Source: Candidatus Levyibacteriota bacterium
GTDB taxonomy: Bacteria > Patescibacteriota > Microgenomatia > Levybacterales > UBA12049
Length of the DNA stretch: 64,000 nt
Reading direction: 5' to 3'
Assembly (NCBI GenBank): GCA_049519175.1
Contig: JBEKQZ010000002.1
Coordinates: 134,782 to 198,781, forward strand
Each line of letters begins with the position of its first letter. The first letter of the stretch is position 1. A model generated the notes under the pieces. It did no database searches and was not told where the DNA came from. It was given only the letters and a program-made list of their open reading frames with translations. Of this stretch, positions 59,941 through 64,000 are shown one piece after another. The position numbers and the translations under genes were made by a program.

Positions 59941-61441
59941 CACTACCTTTTTTTGAGGCTGAAACCTCATTGATTAGCTTGATAGGATAAGCTAATCCAG
60001 CGGTTCCAAACCCATTTTTATAGTCGTACCTCAATTGATCCTCAAAATACATAAAAAGTATCGTCCTTTTGTCATTGTATTCATCGCTTTTCCACATGGA
60101 CATAGGGTCTTTTAACGTGTTTAAAACTTTATCTGATGCGGTTCCAAATTCTTCATTAGTATATTTTCGTTTGTTTAAATTCTCATCGCCTAGTTTCTTT
60201 TTCGATCTTAAATCTTTTATCTTCTCTTCGTAGGTCGCTATTAAATCTTCGTCCTTTGTTTTACTTATTCTCACAAGATAAGACTGAATGGCTATGTCTG
60301 CCTCCTCAGCCTCTGCTGCAATTCTGTCTCGCCATGCGGTATAGTTATCAAGCCTAATTCCCCATTGCTCTTTTAATACATCCTTTGTTAAATCAACCGT
60401 GTCGGCTGCTGGCTTAACTCTGATTAACAGTTCTTCAAATTTTGCCTCAAACTCTTTTTTGCCCGTCGTCTTCCAGTTATAGATACAACCTTTTGTCCTA
60501 CAGAAATAGTGAGGGTATCGTGTGCCTTTTCTTCCCGTACACCAACTTGCTGTCATAGGCTTGGTGCAAGCATCGCAAAGTACGTGCGGACGAAGCGGAA
60601 AAGTATCGGCATAATCTCTTCGTTTCCATGGCTTTGTACGCTCTTGTACACGCTTCTGAACTAGGTTATACGTCTCAAGCGACAGGAAACCCTCATGCCT
60701 TGCTTTCATGAAAGGAATATCCCATTTTTTGTATTCGATATAGCCTGCGTATAACGGCTCCTGCAGTATTCTTTGCGTTGTGCTCATAGATGGTCTGTTA
60801 GGAAGTCCTTTTGCTTTGTATTCTGCGTGTAAAAAACGCATTACCTCTTCTTGCGTAATGAGCAACCCGTCTCTATATTTCTCGATTGCTATCTTATAAA
60901 TAGAAGCATACGGCTCCCTCGGAGTAAGAATTTTGCCGTGGATAGGATCTTTTTTATTTATCATGCCAAGTGGTGGCATAAAAGGCCAGTAACCTTTCTC
61001 AAGTCTTGCTTTCATTTTTTGAATTACCTGCCTTCGATTACTTTTCCTCTGATATTGATTGCTAACAGCGATCATCAACTCTGCCATTTCGCTTTCATCA
61101 CTATCATCGAAGTTAAAATTGAGACATTCCCGTTTTACTCCTCTTGATTGAAACTCTGCTGTTAACTGAATATGTACTTTTACGTCCCTTGCAAAACGAG
61201 ACAAATCATCAAAGATAACTACGTAGTTTTCATGAGAGTGATCATCTATGTAACTAAGTAAGGCGTGCATGGCCGGCCTTTCAAAAAGACTTCCGGATAC
61301 AGCTTCATCAGGGAATACCTTTACAACTTCATAATCTTTGTTTTTGGCATACATTCGACATCGTTGTTCTTGTGATCCCAAACCGTTTCCCTCGTCAACT
61401 TGACGCTGTGATGAAACCCGACAATAAATTAGTGCTTTCAT
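59897..61441 (-). CDS. large serine recombinase (site-specific integrase)
   Basis: 514 aa. Resolvase catalytic domain YCRVSSQRQ...GLGSQE, recombinase domain and Cys-rich zinc ribbon. C-terminal 44 nt overlap the 3' end of ssrA. Confidence 0.85.
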   Translation of the reverse strand: MKALIYCRVSSQRQVDEGNGLGSQEQRCRMYAKNKDYEVVKVFPDEAVSGSLFERPAMHALLSYIDDHSHENYVVIFDDLSRFARDVKVHIQLTAEFQSRGVKRECLNFNFDDSDESEMAELMIAVSNQYQRKSNRRQVIQKMKARLEKGYWPFMPPLGMINKKDPIHGKILTPREPYASIYKIAIEKYRDGLLITQEEVMRFLHAEYKAKGLPNRPSMSTTQRILQEPLYAGYIEYKKWDIPFMKARHEGFLSLETYNLVQKRVQERTKPWKRRDYADTFPLRPHVLCDACTKPMTASWCTGRKGTRYPHYFCRTKGCIYNWKTTGKKEFEAKFEELLIRVKPAADTVDLTKDVLKEQWGIRLDNYTAWRDRIAAEAEEADIAIQSYLVRISKTKDEDLIATYEEKIKDLRSKKKLGDENLNKRKYTNEEFGTASDKVLNTLKDPMSMWKSDEYNDKRTILFMYFEDQLRYDYKNGFGTAGLAYPIKLINEVSASKKGSVEMSSNELESKKTF

Positions 61442-61444
61442 AAT

Positions 61445-61660
61445 TTAATTTAAATCGCTTTTTTCAACAACTGCATCTATAGTCTTATTGCAAATAAGGC
61501 GTAGCATATTTAAGAGATCTAAGACTTGTTGATCTGTCATACTGTCTCCTCTTCTGCCTAACTTTTCTCTTGCCATCTCAATTGTAATCGTTTTAGCTTC
61601 CATCTTCAAATAAAAACTCCCGTCTCGGGTGGAGTCCCTAACAGGAGCTTTTATCTCCAC
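61445..61660 (-). CDS. small hypothetical protein (71 aa), translationally coupled to recombinase
   Basis: Ends 4 nt before the recombinase start codon. No motif recognised. Confidence 0.35.
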   Translation of the reverse strand: MEIKAPVRDSTRDGSFYLKMEAKTITIEMAREKLGRRGDSMTDQQVLDLLNMLRLICNKTIDAVVEKSDLN

Positions 61661-61678
61661 CCGAATCGTTAAAATTCC

Positions 61679-62122
61679 TTACGTATTTGCCACGTTCATC
61701 ATGCCTATCCCTATTCGTTGATCAATCGTGCCGATGTTGAGGTTTGCTTTGGAGTTTTCGGCTGAGTAGAGGTCCAGCCTTAGCTTGAATAAGTCCTTTT
61801 CGATTTCCCATGAGAGCTGAATCATCCGGAGAATGGCAGATACAGGACGGTCGTAGTAGAATCGTTGTTTTGTTTCCGCATCAAGCTCTTCAAGCCTAAT
61901 TAAATATTCCCTTGCTCGTTCTTGCATTCGCCAAATTTCCGTTCGTAGTGATTGCTGATCAATCTTTGCAAGCTGTTCTTCTCGAACTTCATCTAACCAT
62001 TTTCTTATTGTTGGTCTTGAAACTCCGAAAAGTTCACACATTCTCGTCTGAGTAACTTTAGGCTGGGTAGTGACAAGGGCCCTCATCTGCAATTTCAATA
62101 TTTTTTTACCTGTTTTTTCCAT
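61679..62122 (-). CDS. HTH-domain protein (possible regulator or terminase-small-subunit-like)
   Basis: 147 aa. N-terminal HTH RMCELFGVSRPTIRKWLDE and a coiled-coil C-terminus. Confidence 0.45.
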   Translation of the reverse strand: MEKTGKKILKLQMRALVTTQPKVTQTRMCELFGVSRPTIRKWLDEVREEQLAKIDQQSLRTEIWRMQERAREYLIRLEELDAETKQRFYYDRPVSAILRMIQLSWEIEKDLFKLRLDLYSAENSKANLNIGTIDQRIGIGMMNVANT

Positions 62123-62172
62123 TTGTTATTTTGTAAAGTTTTGTAAAGTATTTCACCTTAAAACCACAAAAA

Positions 62173-62212
62173 AAGCGCAGACCCTTTGCAGGTTGCGCTT
62201 GTCTTTTTTAGA
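62173..62212. terminator. bidirectional rho-independent terminator
   Basis: Stem AGCGCAGACC / GGTTGCGCT with loop CTTTGCA. Flanked by an A-run upstream and TGTCTTTTTT downstream, so it works on both strands. Lies between convergent or adjacent island genes. Confidence 0.6.
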
Positions 62213-62406
62213 CTTCGGCTTTTTCTATATTACCAAGCCTATTTTAATTGTCAAGTTTTGAAGATATTGGAAGCTAGTTAAAGAAAGTGTGTAAATAAAA
62301 GGTACATCAACCTAAATGCACCAATAGTAACCCATAAGGTAGGTGCAATTAAGAAAACATAAAGAATAATTGTAATAAATAGTTTTTTCACAAACACATT
62401 TATAAA

Positions 62407-62895
62407 TTATTGGCACCCCATTAAAACTGGAGGGGTAAACAAACAATACATTACCCTTTGAGAACTACCCGGTATACCGCAAATATAGGGCTGGGGGGAT
62501 AGATTCCCTATGTTTGGAAGAGGATTACATAAATATGGCGTTTGTCCTGGTGGTCCACAAAATAGAGTGTGTTCTCCGTTTATTAGTGGACCGGGAGCAT
62601 TTAAGCAACCCATTACTTTATTAGAAGTCTGTGGAGCTGGAGGAACAGGAGTGGCTGTTGGGAGAATGGTAGGCGTTGGTGTATCTGTTGGAGCTTCTGT
62701 CGGAATGGAAAATGTCGGCACGGGCGATACGGATGCGTTATATTGTATCCCCAGAAAAGCATTACTAGGTTTCCATAGTAAAACAACGATAGCTACAGAA
62801 AATATTCCTAAAACAATAATCGCATTACGTACTAATTTGTCGTTTCCCTCTACTGTCTTTTCTTCCGTCTTTATACCTTTTTTCTTTTTCATCAA
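62407..62895 (-). CDS. membrane-anchored Pro/Thr-rich protein with C-terminal Cys-rich domain
   Basis: 162 aa. Basic N-terminus, TM, PTDTPTPT linker and a C-terminal domain with 8 Cys. Confidence 0.4.
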   Translation of the reverse strand: MMKKKKGIKTEEKTVEGNDKLVRNAIIVLGIFSVAIVVLLWKPSNAFLGIQYNASVSPVPTFSIPTEAPTDTPTPTILPTATPVPPAPQTSNKVMGCLNAPGPLINGEHTLFCGPPGQTPYLCNPLPNIGNLSPQPYICGIPGSSQRVMYCLFTPPVLMGCQ

Positions 62896-63155
62896 AAAGC
62901 CCTCCGCCAGCGAAGCCTTTCGACTCCTACCGCCCTTTCGGACGATAACTTTAGAGGTGCTCTGACGAAGAGCTTAATACCTCTAAAGTTTTTTAGCCAT
63001 GCTCACATTGCTGCAAGTTTAGGCAATTAACGCTAGTATAGCACACCAAAATTTATAGTAAATTCACCTCTCATAACATATAATTAGACCGTGGTGCTAA
63101 TGAAAAACATTCTTATCCTAGAAGACAATCTTATTGTTTTGTCTAAATATTTGGT

Positions 63156-63665
63156 ATGGCAATATTAGTTGACAAAAGTTTATTAAAGACAGCTTGTTTA
63201 AAAAATGCAAAAAAGCTACTAAGAGAGTCTAAAAGATTGCTTAACCAAAAAAAGTATGCGTGGTCAACTTTCTTGGCAATAACTTCTTTTGAAGAAAGTC
63301 AAAAATTAGGACTTCTAAGCATGTATGAAGGTAATTTTATATCTGAATCTGAGTTTAGAAAATATTGGCATAGTCATGAATATAAAATAAGGTCGAAGGG
63401 TGCTCGTCTACGATTCACGTTTAATATAAATAAGAAAAAACCTGAGATAGTTTTAGGATCAAAAGAGGAGGCTCAGGAAGTAATAAGGATTAGGGGAGAT
63501 TGTCTTTATGTGGATTTTAATGATATATCAATCTCAGAACCTCTAAGCATTAATATTGCAGTTGCCGTACAATATATAAACGAGGCTAATATGGAATTAA
63601 ATTCAGCTATTTCTTTAGAGCTGTTAGAAAAGAAATTAAAAAGAGCTTTTAAAGTCAAACAATAA
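63156..63665 (+). CDS. hypothetical protein with HEPN-like R-x5-H motif (AbiV-like abortive-infection candidate)
   Basis: 169 aa, AT-rich codon usage. Helical N-terminus with RKYWHSH (Rx4-6H spacing). First gene of a tightly spaced pair. Confidence 0.3.
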   Translation: MAILVDKSLLKTACLKNAKKLLRESKRLLNQKKYAWSTFLAITSFEESQKLGLLSMYEGNFISESEFRKYWHSHEYKIRSKGARLRFTFNINKKKPEIVLGSKEEAQEVIRIRGDCLYVDFNDISISEPLSINIAVAVQYINEANMELNSAISLELLEKKLKRAFKVKQ

Positions 63666-63670
63666 TAACT

Positions 63671-64000
63671 ATGAATAAAGACCAGTTAAGCTTAACAAAA
63701 GCAAAATTTCCCACTCTCTTTTCTTTTTCCCAGGACTATGAAGGAAAGGACAAGAATGATATTAGACAATATTTTAGAGATAAGCCCACTTTAATTCTAG
63801 GTGAGGGTTATTGGTTAAAATATGAACGTGCATTACAACTTTTACCAGTAGAAGACAAAAACCATCTACTCAATAAGCTTAAAACCCTAACAAAAAAACT
63901 TAGTGAACAAGAGGGATGGCCTCATTTTGAAGAGAAATTAAATGAAGCATTAGTTTACGAGTATCTTCAAAAAGAGGGATATAGGAAAATTAAATTTATT
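63671..64000 (+). CDS. hypothetical protein, partial (runs off window end)
   Basis: ATG at 63671, 5 nt after the previous stop. Open for at least 110 codons (MNKDQLSLTKAKFPTLFSFSQDYEGKDKNDIRQYF...). AT-rich. Confidence 0.35.
   Translation, partial: MNKDQLSLTKAKFPTLFSFSQDYEGKDKNDIRQYFRDKPTLILGEGYWLKYERALQLLPVEDKNHLLNKLKTLTKKLSEQEGWPHFEEKLNEALVYEYLQKEGYRKIKFI

Larger units (their letters stand above)
59897..64000. mobile_element. integrated element at ssrA 3' end (serine-recombinase type), truncated by window end
   Basis: Recombinase overlaps the tmRNA 3' end. Followed by a small ORF, an HTH protein, a bidirectional terminator, a Cys-rich secreted protein and an AT-rich HEPN-like cargo pair. 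No second boundary within the window. Confidence 0.6.

Overview
This 64 kb window looks like a gene-dense stretch of a small-genome, Patescibacteria/CPR-like bacterium. That placement is an inference from gene content, since no database search was possible; CDS calls are by motif, RNA genes and repeats were found by reading the sequence directly, and antisense shadow ORFs in the supplied track were ignored. The gene content includes an archaeal-type ATP-dependent DNA ligase, an archaeal-type UMP kinase, an EndoQ-like PHP nuclease and a class II B12-dependent RNR. Most genes are on the minus strand.

Core content:
- SDR oxidoreductase and polysaccharide deacetylase.
- trxB-trxA.
- Crp/Fnr regulator and a DsbA-like protein.
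- A zur-znuA-znuC-znuB-znuB metal-uptake operon.
- acylphosphatase and pth.
- A DNA-repair cluster: EndoQ-like PHP nuclease, ATP-dependent DNA ligase, Fic, Nnr, RecF, UMP kinase and Fpg.
- A GT4 glycosyltransferase and a Pol I-type 5'-3' exonuclease.
- ftsH, trpS, tgt, murD, murI.
- tRNA-Met(CAU), then a DUF218 protein, an FtsB-like protein, a XerC/D-like recombinase and tRNA-Ile(UAU).
- nrdR-nrdJ plus a PduO-type adenosyltransferase.
- gap, a NUDIX hydrolase, pgk.
- A CvpA-SCP fusion and two tandem class A PBPs.
- rpe, rpiB, a LytR_C protein and a SpoIID/LytB-like protein.
- smpB.

Features found beyond the ORF track:
- A tmRNA gene (ssrA, about 59585-59940) sits directly after smpB. It has a TTGACT-17-TATAAT promoter and a tag reading frame ending ...NSAFQPNYAFA-stop.
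- A large serine recombinase gene overlaps the 3' end of ssrA by 44 nt. It opens an AT-rich integrated element that runs to the end of the window. The element carries HTH proteins, a Cys-rich secreted protein and a HEPN-like candidate defence gene.
- A second island-like block lies after tRNA-Ile(UAU). It contains a membrane-anchored T4CP-like ATPase, a low-complexity protein and a zinc-ribbon protein.
- Two families of roughly 90-120 bp structured repeats are present, three copies each. One copy of each family sits in-frame inside a protein-coding gene (the DNA ligase and the glycosyltransferase), as Rickettsia palindromic elements do.
- A heptanucleotide SSR lies inside nnr.
- An inverted repeat upstream of nrdR resembles an NrdR-box pair.

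No CRISPR array and no rRNA were seen.
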